Part shown: one piece after another, positions 25,401 to 37,541 of the stretch | How positions within the stretch are numbered: position 1 is the stretch's first letter | Layout of the letters: every line of letters begins with the position of its first letter | DNA from: Saccostrea echinata | Taxonomy: Eukaryota | DNA length: 64,000 nucleotides | Assembly: GCF_033153115.1 (NCBI RefSeq) | Contig: NW_026889774.1 | Location: 20,894,001-20,958,000, forward strand | Direction: 5' to 3' | Translations under genes and position numbers: made by a program | The notes under the pieces: model-generated | Seen by the model: the letters and a program-made list of their open reading frames with translations, nothing else | Told to the model about the DNA's origin: nothing | The model's database searches: none

Positions 25401-28400
25401 ATTCCAATGTTTTAGTTTTTTGGTGTCGGTGTATTTTGTCCAATATTTCGGCGTCCTGAGATCTTCCCTGTACTTCCATGCCAACCAGGCTTCTGTGCCT
25501 CGCTTTGGTTCGCTGTATTGAGAAAAGTGTTCGACAGAAGCTGATTTTCCTGCTTTGCTCACTAAAAAACACAATATATGAAAATCCAAGTAAATGTAAT
25601 TTATTGTAAGTTTTATTCACAATTTAACCTAAACACAATTCTTTGCATGAATATGGTAACTCTAAATGCACTTATTTTCATGGGACCCAACTTTTCACGA
25701 GGTTTGAAAAACAAATATTGATTTCATTTCGTGGTAAGTTGGTAGACATGACACTGTAGATTAAAATTTTAACCTTTCATGGAAGACATGTATTCGTGAT
25801 TTTCTTTATACCATGAAAACAACGAGAATTAATGCTCATGAAAATAAATGCTTTCACAGTTTATTCTTTCATTACAAAGCTTCGATGGTGAAAGAGACAT
25901 TGAAAAAAAAATCCTCTACCTCTGTGTCCAGGAGTGGTCATTTCATCCTTAAAGGCCTGCGAAGAGATAATGTCATAAAGCTATATATTTTTTCAAGATA
26001 ACATTTCCATCTTTATATTTGAGAGAGTTAAAATGTGTTTGTTGTTTTTGTATGAAAAAGGAAGTCATGATAGTATAAAACCTTCTTAAGCTGATTCAAG
26101 TCTGGACTCCCACTATACAGTAAAATTCGTATTTCGGAAATGCTATATTTGGCTGAAAACTTTTTAATTCCTGCGACAGTACAAGCAGCAGCCACATCTG
26201 GTGGGAACTTTAACTGTCCTGTTCCTAATGCTGGAAACGCAATGGACTTGTGTCCACGTGAATTGGCCGTTTTCAGACATTTATAGACGAACTCTTCTAG
26301 GACCTATAATATGTTTAAGGAGAAGTTAATCTTTGAAAATCCTGAACCCTTAAAGACATATTTTAAGAAGAACTTACAATATCTGGTTGGTGTTTACTGC
26401 CTGTTGTTTTTGAGCTCCATGAAGATAAGGCACCATGAAATACTTCTTTACAATTTAAGTTGTAACCCTTAGTAACAGCAACAAATCCAAAAGGAATTTT
26501 ACCAAGACATGTCTGATGAAGCTCTTGCATGAGATTTGGTCCAGCAGCAGACACTAGGGCGGAGGACAAGGCGGAATCCATGCTGAGGTCCTGCCCAATG
26601 CTATTGACGACAACATCTACCTGGTATTTATATATCGGTCATTAAATACAAAAATTAACCAATATATTTTTGCTTATGATTCCTGTACAGTTCTCCGAAT
26701 AGGAAAATGATCAACATCGTGTAAAATTCTTTTGTTTCATAAGTGCTCTTGACTATCGCAAAAACTTGTCTTAAGTATTGTAGCATTGCCACATTGAGAA
26801 GTCTTACATTTTGATCTTGAAGACTACCAACTGAGACATTCACATTGATTCCGCCAATATTATTACTAAAGTTTGAGATCGAAATTCCAGGCGAAGCTTT
26901 AGATCCTCGCTTTTTATTGGAACTCAAGCCTGAAAAAATTTGAAAACGTGTTTTGGAATGTTGAAAAGAGTTATATTAATTTTTTTTTGTTTGAAAGAAA
27001 GTTTTGACAACATGAAAAAAGAATCTTTACCTAAATGTTTCATATAAAGAGTTCAGAACTCGTATTATTCTGAAAAGAAATGAACCCTAAAACTGTGACC
27101 ATTTCCGAGCTTATTTTACAATTATTATTTTTAAAAAACTTACTCAGTTTTGAGGTTGATGACGAATATCTCATAGCTGCGTTTAAAAAGTCCTTTAAAA
27201 GAAATATACGGGAAATGATTCAATCCAGACAAAGTATTGATAGCAATTTTTATTTTAAATAATATATAATTTCTTAACTTTTATAAGGATGTAAATACGG
27301 ATGATCACGTGATCATATTATATAAAGCCCAAAGGATTTTATGGTAGATTTGATCACTTGCCAGTCCGTATTCACATCACGATAAATGTTTAAAAGTTAT
27401 TCCTTACATTACTTATTTACTTATTCTGCAAGAAAGACAGTAACAGAAATATGGCTGAAACGAAGCAAAGTAAAAAATATCCAAAATCCATTATTTTCTT
27501 ATGGATCGAACGAACAATTTCATTTTTATATAAAAAGTGTCTTATGAAAAACAACTGCGCTACAAGCCATAAATTGAATTCCGTAACTGTTAAATACAAA
27601 TACACTGTCAAAATTTCCATTCGACATATCTATAATACCGAAATTGTCAAACTTTAACCATTCTATATAACCATATGGACAGTTTTTTGTGTCTCTTAGA
27701 CCATCCTGGAAGCTTTAAATAATGGAAATTTATATATATATATATATATAAAAGGTATTTTTTTTTTACTTTTCATTTTCTCAAAAAAAATTGATGTATG
27801 AATGCATAATTTGATTTTGATTCAAAATAGATCAAGAAGGGAAAAAGATAAAAAAGATCATGAGGGGAAAATAAGGTAAAAAATGTTAAGACAAAATTTA
27901 GAGAAAAAAATAACTAACTGATAATAAGTCTTTCATAATGTAACATTAACCAGTATTGTTGAAACATTCGTTAGCGATTACCTGAAAACAACTACTTTCT
28001 TGTGAGTATATAACAATGGACACAGATGTTACTGTTCGTGAAGTGCAGTCTTCAATACATTCCAACATTATTTCAGCAACTCTTGCTGGATTGTATGACA
28101 GGTTCCCAGTCCCAATCGGTGGGAAGGCAATAGACCTGTAACCGTCAGCATCAGCCTGATCCAGACATTCTGTCACCAAGTCTGCTAAAATCTGAAAAAA
28201 AATTCCAATCAAAAGTCTCATTTTTATATCAACAAAACCTTTTCTTTGAGTCCAAAATTGAGCTTCTTCAACTGTTTAATATATTTGCATGGAAATTTTA
28301 TCTGTTTTCCTTACAACCCTTATTTTTATTGTTGACAAATATCTCATTTGTACCCTTATTTCCTCTGTATTTCTTGGAAGAAAAATGTTTTGAAAAAATA

Positions 28401-30709
28401 GCCCAAGGCAAATGTTTAAATAGCCCCAGGGATCTTGAAAACAATTCGACTTGCAGGAAATTCTAAGCAAGATTCGTTGTTCAGATAACTCAGTTATATA
28501 TTTATTAACCCCAAGAGGTAAATACATTTGAAGAATATTTCATAATTTTAATATTGGGGAATTGTCATGCTTTTTTTTTTTGGGGGGGGGGGGACAAATA
28601 TAGTAATTTTGAAAAATAGTAGCGATATATATTTATTACTTGGACATGACACAGAAGTGACAAATATCTCATTTGTACACTCAGTTTTTCTGTATTTCTT
28701 GCAGGAAAAAAGTTTTGAAAAAATAGCCCAAGACAAAGGAACAGAGATCTTGAAAACGGTTTGACTTGCAGGAAATTCTTAGCCCAATTCGTTGTACACA
28801 TAAATCAATTATACATTTAATAACACCAAAAGATTATTACATATTCCAATTTGATAAACATTTCATAATTTTAATATTTGGGAATATTGTCTTCTTTTTT
28901 TTTTAATTATGGACAAATATAGTCATTTTGAAAAATAGTAGCGATATATTTGTTGCTGGGACATGACATAGAAGTGATAAATATCGTATTTGAAACCTTG
29001 GTTCCTCCGTATTTCTTGCAAGAAAATGTTTTGAAAAACAATGTTCAACATATGCTATTACTAAGAAAAAATTACTTTAATGAGTGGTGGTAATTTAAAA
29101 GTTTTAATTCGTAAAATTGTTCATCTTATTCTGGCAAGCACTGCATTCAAATTTTCAAAAAACAATGCACATTGATTATAATTTGATGCCGCTTCAAAAA
29201 GTATTTAAAAATGCTATTGAGAGAAATGAAGACAAAAACCAATATACGGATTTTATCATACAATTTCATAACATTTAAAAAAAAAAATAAATGTTGGGAT
29301 TTTTTTTGGGATAAACTAGGATGTCTTGTGTTATGAATATTCATTTTTTTTACTCACATAAAGAGTAAGAAACACCACAAAAGGCAATCATGTAATTTTG
29401 CTCATTAATTCACCTAATACCCACAGAAATCATGGGTCCAACTTTTAAATAAAAAAAAAGAACCATAATGATACCCGTTCGTCTTTCTTAGATGAATATT
29501 TGGTCAGAACTCCATGATATATAGCCTTACAGGCGAGGTTTCCCCCTGTTGTGACAGCTATTTCTCCTGGATCTAACCTTTCAGGATAGTTCTGACGACA
29601 CTCTCTCTGAATGCCCCTCCCTGCCGCGGCTAGGAGGGAACTCGAAGCTCTCCCTTGGCTCAGATCGAGACGAGGATTTGTACCGTTGACTATTACGTCA
29701 ACCTTAATCGAATGATTATAAGCAATCAAGACAAACATTTCAGTCTTTTGTAATGTTATATAATTATATGTTATATAATTATATAATGCATATGATTCTA
29801 CTCCAGTTATAATTAGAAAAAAAAGATATTCCGTCTAATTTTTTTCTCAGATTTTCTGAACACTTGCTGACATGTTTTTATGTAAATGAAGGAATCATCC
29901 ATATTCCATGACGTAAGAAGCAGAACTTATATTTCATCAACATTTCTTCACATGCTACTTTATTAACTTTATTAATGAAATGTGAAGATCAAATAAACAC
30001 AAACATTCAGTTTCTTAAAGATCGATTAATTTTGGACATAAATCCATATGACAAGGTTACTGAAACCTTTATTTATTAATTTATCTGTTAGATTATTTCT
30101 TACTTTTTGTCTGGTAATTTCCCCTCCAACAACAGTAACCGTTGCATTACCAATCTGATAACCTGACTTGGCCTTAAAACCTGAACCCCGAGGCCTGTGT
30201 TTGGGTAAATACGTGGCCCCTCTTAGATCCTCCTCTGAATCCTCAGATGATTCTGAAAGAAAGTGAAATAAAGTTTTTAAAAACAATTTTATTTTGAAAT
30301 AAAAATCTTAACTTTTGTATGATTTAAAAAGATCCGTATAAAAAATTTTCACAGTATAAATTTGAAACGGATGCCTTGAAGCCACAATTGATAATATTTA
30401 TCTGAGTCGGCTCACTTTTACCAAATTTGAAACCCTGCCGCATAATGTCAGTCATAAAATTTGACAAAATTAAGCACTGTAAAGAATTTTTTTTTCTTGT
30501 ACACGGAATCTCCAAGATTTTACTAAGCTTGTATGTCACTTAAAAACACTAAACATATACTTTTTCACGTCCAAGTGCACGTTACTATAATCATTGCTTG
30601 CTAACCTACCTTCGTCGTCGACACTCTCGGAATCAGAGGTTTCAGACGACGAGGAATCCGAATCATCAAACAATCTACGAGATCTGTATCTGTATCTGTA
30701 GCTAGCCAT
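22455..30709 (-). CDS. Macro-PARP paralog B: acidic N-terminus, 2 macrodomains (M1, M3) and catalytic domain, ~729 aa
   Basis: 11 exons in frame: 30610-30709, 30104-30252, 29475-29702, 27982-28191, 27144-27192, 26808-26929, 26378-26620, 26082-26303, 25920-25956, 24977-25561, 22455-22699 (2190 nt). FFHGT / GVYGAEMASKSHGY / DREFVVYD. Confidence 0.92.
23209..23533 (+). mobile_element. Short HINE/Helentron-like element; related copy at ~45748-46020
   Basis: AACAAGCATTCTGAGAGTAT..AGCAATACTAGTCC start, (GACA)n tract, 3' hairpin TAGTCCCCTTCGGTTTCACCGGTAGGGGACTA. Confidence 0.7.
28300..29040. repeat. Imperfect ~320-bp tandem repeat (2-3 units) in an intron of paralog B
   Basis: GACAAATATCTCATTTGTAC at ~28333 and ~28659, with a variant at ~28976; TTTTGAAAAATAGTAGCGATATAT at ~28607 and ~28926. 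Confidence 0.7.
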
Positions 30710-30931
30710 TTTGACTTTTTAGATATTTTAGCTGGGGACAACAAATGGAAATCACACGTCAAAATAGCATATTCCTACTCTAGTTCAACATTTACATACT
30801 GTATCCTTCCTTGTCTGTCTCAAAACATTTCCCTTCGACTTTCTCTTACGCAAAGTGGCATTTCTTCCGTGATTATGCAATGGACTAGGAAGAAAGAAAG
30901 TGCATTAGGAACTTGGATTAAAATAGTATTC

Positions 30932-30935
<4 letters not shown>

Positions 30936-31015
<80 letters not shown>
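30936..31015. repeat. (TA)n microsatellite
   Basis: Pure AT run of ~80 bp. Confidence 0.98.
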
Positions 31016-31019
<4 letters not shown>

Positions 31020-31022
<3 letters not shown>

Positions 31023-31174
31023 CAAAAATAGTAGGTTCCATCCGTTCCACCGAGTGTCAAATTTCTAATTTTCACCATTTTTATGTAATATTTATATTAT
31101 ATTACATAAAAATGGTGAAAAAAAAAAAGAAATTTGACACTCAGTGGAACAGGTGGAACCAACTATTTTCGTAA
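31020..31174. mobile_element. Small foldback MITE next to (TA)n
   Basis: TTACAAAAATAGTAGGTTCCATCCGTTCCACCGAGTGTCAAATTTCT / AGAAATTTGACACTCAGTGGAACAGGTGGAACCAACTATTTTCGTAA inverted arms. Confidence 0.7.
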
Positions 31175-32865
31175 CTCTCTATCTCTCTCTTTGTAATTCT
31201 ATATATGCACAATTCTGTTATAAAAAAAAAGCTCTTGAATAATCATGATTCTTGAAAAAAAATTTATTTATTTATTTATTTTTTTCCCTCCCATTTTGAA
31301 CAGTATAATATATTATATTGGTTCCACCAGGAATAAAGTAGATATGATTTCCTTACTTTCCTGTTTTCCTCACTGGCTTCTATATTGAAAAAAACGAACG
31401 CATCAACACTTATTGCATTTTTCGAAGTATTGACTGAAAAAGGCAATAATTGTTTTATTTGTGATTTTATGATTGAATGAAACAACCACATTTAGCAAAC
31501 CACAATATTTTCTTGGTTGTTTAAATTTTTTGACCTCCTAGCAAAACGCAATGAGAAAAGGAATGGTGAAAATAAACATACACTGTAATCAATTGTATTA
31601 ATTTGGAAATTTTTAATCGATTTTAAAATAGATGTCAGGCATTAAGCATTGAAGTGGAGAGGGGATGAAAAATCGACAAGTGACTTGAAAAAAATCTCTG
31701 ACAAACCAAAATAATTAAAGAGGAGGAATCTCCAAAGTCCAAAATCTTATTTGGGGCTTGGTGTGAGGATGAGGGTTAGTGTCCATGGAAATATGAGGTA
31801 ATTGACTATCGAATGTTATGTTCACCTGAGTGAAAGACGGATGCAGGTGAAATAACCTGTGTATCAATTTAGAAGTTCTTAGTCTTTTTTCAGTCAAATG
31901 ATTTTAGTCCAATGTAGGAAAAATAAGTTCTTTTATTCACCTGGAAGGTCACGTGCAGATGAAAATAACATAGGTTTTTTCTGCAATGTTGGAATCAGCC
32001 GATCAGAAAGCTGGGAATAATTTAATCATATAATAAAATTAATTTTCTTTGATTTGTCTGAGTTCTGAGTCTTGATTTAAGCTATTTCCTGTTGCCTACA
32101 TGTATGGTCCAAAACTTTGCACTTTTGCTCCCAGACCTGGTTTTTAGATTCGAATTTTAGCAGAAATGCATTGACAATCCTTGCTTGACTCTGATAAGAT
32201 ATGAAGACCAGAATAACAGCTATATTACAGGGCAGGGTGTTCCACATTTTCATTTATTGGATTTTTATAACTTAAAATCTAAATGTAGACATCTTAATGA
32301 ATTTGAACTGCTCTATTTTCTTTCTATTGAAATATACTGACATTATGACAGAATTTTTAGATTTAACACTTTAAATTGCCTGAAAAAAGAGGACAAGAAC
32401 TTTTTTCAACCTGACGATACAATCCAGATCAAACACCCATCCCTGTACATTAAGTTTTATTTTCAACATACAAATGAGAATTTTAGGCTGTAAAATATAA
32501 TAAAATGAATCTATCCTACAAACTGCTTAGATATATCAGGTACGTTTTCTATCGATGATATGTCATTAACACATCAAAATGAGGTGAATTAAAATTAATT
32601 AATGTATTTTTCTGGAGAAAGTAATAGAGACTGGCATATTTGTTTTGTCTTTCAAGATCAAGACAAATTTGTCATATAAACAGACTACTTTTCAAATGCA
32701 GTGAATGATAAAGATGTCCAGTCTTGACCTTTTTGCTCTTGCACTTTGAACGTTATGCTGATCTTAGCTCATAAAAGCAACGATGGTTAAACCTTTGATT
32801 TTTACATCATAAAGTTGATTGAAAAAATTTCGTATGGCTTTGACAATCACTTAGCTTCATAGTAA

Positions 32866-33325
32866 CAACATAGTCTTTGTTTGTAAGGCTCATTATTTTA
32901 ATTGTATTTTAGAGGAACTAGGATTTAATTCTGCGGGTGGAAATCCAAATTATACCCATACCTCCCTTATTAAAAAGGAAATTCTTCAAAATCATGTGTC
33001 CGTTTTAGATAATTTTAATATTCCCAACAATCAAAATGAATTTGAATTACGATACCTTTACTGGATTCCTAAACTTCATAAAAATCCTTACAAACAAAGA
33101 TACATAGCGGGTTCCAGTAAATGTTCTACCAAGCCTCTTTCTTTACTCGTCACTAAAATATTTACTGTAATGAAGGAGAAACTTAAGGAGTACTGTTCAA
33201 CAGTATATTCAAGAAGTGGTGTAAATCAGATGTGGATACTTAAAAACTCCAAAGAACGATTTCCTCAAAATATAGAGGTCGAAAGAACTTTCGAGATTGA
33301 ATACTGTTCGTTATCTTCATATTTC
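32866..33325 (+). mobile_element. Internally deleted Naiad-type retroelement fragment
   Basis: YLYWIPKLHKNPYKQRYIAGSSKCSTKPLS...SGVNQMWILKNSKE is followed closely by the element 3'-end motif (GAATACTGTTCGTTATCTTCATATTT), also seen inverted at ~17862 and ~54630. Confidence 0.85.
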
Positions 33326-33356
33326 ATTGAGCTGGCTGATCCAACAGCTATTTTAA

Positions 33357-33656
33357 GTTTTTTGTTTGTTTGTTGTTTAACGTCCCCTTGAGAATTTTTC
33401 ACTCATTTTGGAAACGCCAGCACCTACCGGTGTAGGGCTGCAAATTTTTATCTATACTCCGCACTCAGAGACATCTAGCAGTGAGGAATCTTTTTCGCGC
33501 CAGCACCTATTGCGACACGGGACCTCGGTTTAGACGGTCTCATCCAAAGGACCGGTCTCCACGTCCCGCAGTGGATTCAAACCCGCGACGTAAGGATCAA
33601 CTACTTACATCGGGAGTCTAGAGCAAACGCTCTAACCACTGCGTCACGCAGGCGAC
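33357..33656 (-). mobile_element. tRNA-derived SINE, full length; fragments at ~62305-62360 and ~63690-63800
   Basis: Minus strand: A-box-like TGACGCAGTGG, B-box-like GGTTTGAATCC, body TTTGGATGAGACCGTCTAAACCGAGGTCCC and (AAAC)n tail. Imperfect TSD TATTTTAAGTT / TATTTTTAGTT. Confidence 0.85.
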
Positions 33657-33659
33657 GGT

Positions 33660-36232
33660 ATTTTTAGTTATCCCCTCCCAGTGAAGGAAAAGCAATGGTT
33701 ATCAATTTTTCAAGGGTCTAAAATAGTGATAGATTTATAAATGATAAATAAATTATTAAACATATAGGTAAAAAAAAATCCACACAATTAAGGAAAAGCC
33801 ACTTATGATCTACATTAAAGAAGGGTCGGGTTGGTGAGTTTCCCATACTGGCAAGGCTCCGTGGTATACAATCTTGAAAAGAAGTCCATAACCAATGTTG
33901 ACTGCAAAGTCTCCGTACTCTATGTCATTTGCATACTTTCTATTCAATTCCTGTTGCTTTTCCTGTCCAGCTACTCTCAGGAGAACATCAGACAACACTC
34001 TGTCGGTGAGTTGTTAGCTTTTCGGTCCGTTATATACCAATACATCTGCCTTTTAAATTTTTGAATCATTTTAACCATGATGATTTGTTTTTTTTTTTTT
34101 GGTATATTTCGGATGTTGGATTAAAGAATTATTTTATTACACAAAGATCAAGGGTCCCTCATTTCAAGAAGATGAAAAACATACTTTATTTCAGGAGGTT
34201 TACACTATCATTAACATAGATTAAAGTTTACCTGAGTATCTTGCAGGGCGTCAACTTTTTTATATTGACATTTATTGTTCCTGGAGTTCTTGTGATTATC
34301 ATTTCGTTAACCTTGTCATTGGAAGGAATTATTTGGAATCCCAGCTTTCTGATTTGAGATTGCCAAATTAAGGTTGTACAATACAATATTTTAAAAGAAA
34401 AATACTTGTACAATTTCAAATACCGTTGATACGAGGGGTTATCTAAAAGTTCGTGGACTAGCGCCATAAAATTCAAACCGCTTTAAGTACATCAATGAAT
34501 TTGAAAATACACGGATTTTAGTTAGCATCATCTTTTCTATCTATAGAATAAACCACAAATCATAAGTTTTATTTTTTTTAATAAATTGGTAATGTCTTTG
34601 TAAGCAATGGTACGTCCAGGATGCGCAACCTCGAACATTCTTTTTTCGACGTGAGTGTAACTGAGAAAAACTCTTTTGATATGAGCATGTGTCACCCAAA
34701 AATCCCCTTAATTCAGGCATGTGGTGGGAAACAATTATTCCGTAAAATGTGCAATTTTTCCTCATTCATTGAGTTCTATGAAATTTTATTGTAAATTTTA
34801 TATGGAGTAAAAACTTTTGTTGTTTTATGTTTCTTATAAATTTTGAGAGCACAGACTACATAGTACTAATTTTATCGCCTCAGTCCATGAACTTTTTGAT
34901 AACCCCTCGTACTAGCATATGAAATTTTTTTTTATCAAAGTTTTATGAGTGTATGATTTCATAACCTACCTTTTATCGAATTTTTTTTTTTTAGAAAAAA
35001 TGGCTCAAATGGCTCAAAAGAAAGTTATTTTATGGACGAACTATTTCTGAAAGGTAAAAAAACGATCGCAAATTCCACTATCACATTTTTTTGGTAAACA
35101 TTTAATGGTTTCTTTAAAAAAATATCTAAGAAGTAAACTGCTTTTGGAACATTATGACTTAATTACAAAACATTCAGCGTTTTATAAAATTTGATGTAAA
35201 TTCCTTCAAATAAATTACATTAAAGAGATAGCGATCTTTCTCGAAGATAACAACGAAGACCTCCTGCAGTAATTGTGGTGTGGTGTTCTTTATACAAGTG
35301 AACATGATTTCTGCTACTCTTTGGGCCGGGAATTCAAGCTTCCTGCACCAAACGCGGGAAAAGCGGTCGTCTGATCACCATCTGATTCTGCCTTATCCAG
35401 TGAGGCATTTATAAGGTTTTTCAAAGCCTAGAAGTATACTAGCATGGTTGTAGTTACTTTGGAAGTACTGTTTATCAAAGAAGACTGCATAACACTGGTT
35501 GGTCCATACTTAGGTTGGTTAGCAAACCCAATGATTTCCATTCAATATTAAGTTTTTCAAAACCCATTTCACTTGATACTCACAAATCTTTACAGTTTGA
35601 AAACATATCTGCAACCAAGATATTGAAAACCTTTTTACCTGATAAACACCAAAGGTAATTCTCTCATTTTAAGGTCAATTGATCTGATTTTACTTAATTT
35701 TGGCAATGTACCTAGTCGATATCAAATATTAAAACAATATTAAAAGAAATGTTAGCTTGATAAATAGAGTAACAATGAAAAATACTTGTCTACTCTAGTT
35801 TTCAGGTCATTGATAGATAATTAGCAAACATTATACATAATTTGGATAGGCAAATGTCAGATGGTCAAAGGTCAAGATGTTTCTTGATATTCTACATGTA
35901 TTTTGCTGTGAATTTATAAAGTATATCTGTTCAAAGTTCTAAATTTCTAAATACATCTTTTGGAATACAATAGTTCACGGTGATCGGTTTATGTAAATTA
36001 TACCTGTTTATCCTGACCAGAAGAGTATTTTGAGAGGGCTCCATGGTAAATAGCCTGACAAGATAATTGTCCACCAGTGGTAATGGCAATTTCACCGTCC
36101 TGTACTCCATTTGGATATTTCTGTTGACATTCCATCTGAATTCCAGAACCAGCAGCACTTAACAGAGCCTAAGAGGCACGACCTTTACTCAGATCAAGGT
36201 TAGAGCCATTGCTATTCACAATAACATCAAGC
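33660..36232 (-). pseudogene. Macro-PARP pseudogene: macro 1 and part of macro 2, no catalytic exons found
   Basis: Exon ~36004-36232 LDVIVNSNGSNLDLSKGRAS*ALLSAAG (TAG). Exon ~35219-35427 has a 1-nt frameshift after AFPAFGAG. Linker exon ~34231-34330. Exon ~33815-34048 ADVLVYNGPKS*QL (TAA). Remnant IAFPSLG at ~33680 is cut by the SINE. Confidence 0.85.
34432..34909. mobile_element. Mariner-type MITE
   Basis: TA-CGAGGGGTTATCTAAAAGTTCGTGGACT ... AGTCCATGAACTTTTTGATAACCCCTCG-TA. Confidence 0.88.
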
Positions 36233-37541
36233 TTAATTTTACAAAGAAATAATAATCTTAAGAATAATCTGAGATATACCTGTAGATTCATCTGCTCAAA
36301 TCGATAAGATTAACAATAATCATTTAAGAAGGGTGTTTATATTTCAGTTAATATTATATTTATTGAAGGTACATGTAGTTGGTGGTAACATTCTACAACA
36401 ACAAAATATGGCTATCCATCTATTCACACTTGAAGACTTTTTTGAGTTACAAAATTTGTATCATTATTACTTTAAGTGGCAAAAAATTCTTAAACTCTAT
36501 CAATGAATGTAAGCATCTTTTCTATGAATACGTACAAGCATTGTTAGGATTCCAGTAGGTATTAGTGTTAATGTATGAATGAAGATCGCCACAATACGAC
36601 CGAAGTCGTGTTAATTCTTCAGAAAACTACTGAGTAAAAATCAAAGTTGGATGTAGCCTTCACTTTATCCTACGATACCGTACAATATTATATAAGAAGA
36701 TTATTTTCGTAATTTTCATTGGCTGAAAGGATGTCACGTGATATTCGTCCTTTTGTTATATTGACGCGAAAGCGCGTCCGCTGAATATGATATCGCACGA
36801 CTCACCGTAGAAAGTGACGTCATAATAAAATAAGCATGTGTTTACCATGTGACGTAATGAAGCCAAGTCTGTTCAGCTAGAATTAAAGATTATTCACTTT
36901 AAGTGACTATATAACTATTATGAACTTCAGTGAACGGTCAATATTATGAAGTACATAATTGTATAATACATGTATTTAAAATTCAATTTCAAATATTTTT
37001 GAAGATTTTAGTTCATTAAAAGTAATCGAAATAAGTTTTTTAAAAAAGCTGTGAAATTTATGAGAACATATGATTATTTCATATCTAATGTATTTCCACA
37101 CACCCTCGAACAGCTTTACACACACATTAGAAGACACGATCTGATTATGCATGATTTATTTTATTGCACACGGCAGCAGATTTTCAATATAAAGAAGAGT
37201 CGAAAAGTTGCCTTTCTAAGCATATGACAATAAGGAAGATATGTATATTCCACTTCACATTGAAATAAATAATGCAAAGATTATTTAACACACGTTGAAC
37301 TACTGTAAAATGACAAACACGTGATAAACAGTATGAAACTCTTTAAGAGAGAGAGAGAAAAGGGGGGTAATAATATAATATATATGAGTTAAATTTTAAA
37401 GATAAAGCAGAAGTGAAATACAATGATATGAATTTGATATATCAAGTTTATAGTGTCAATACTTTATATTCTGATGACCACTAGTATACTAAACTTCTTT
37501 AAAATATTATTTCTTATAAGAAATTTCCGTCCATTGCTTCT

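Noticed and set aside
30869-31174. ORFs containing YIYIYI runs (also 43998-44213 and 44395-44652)
   Set aside because: Translations of (TA)n microsatellites.
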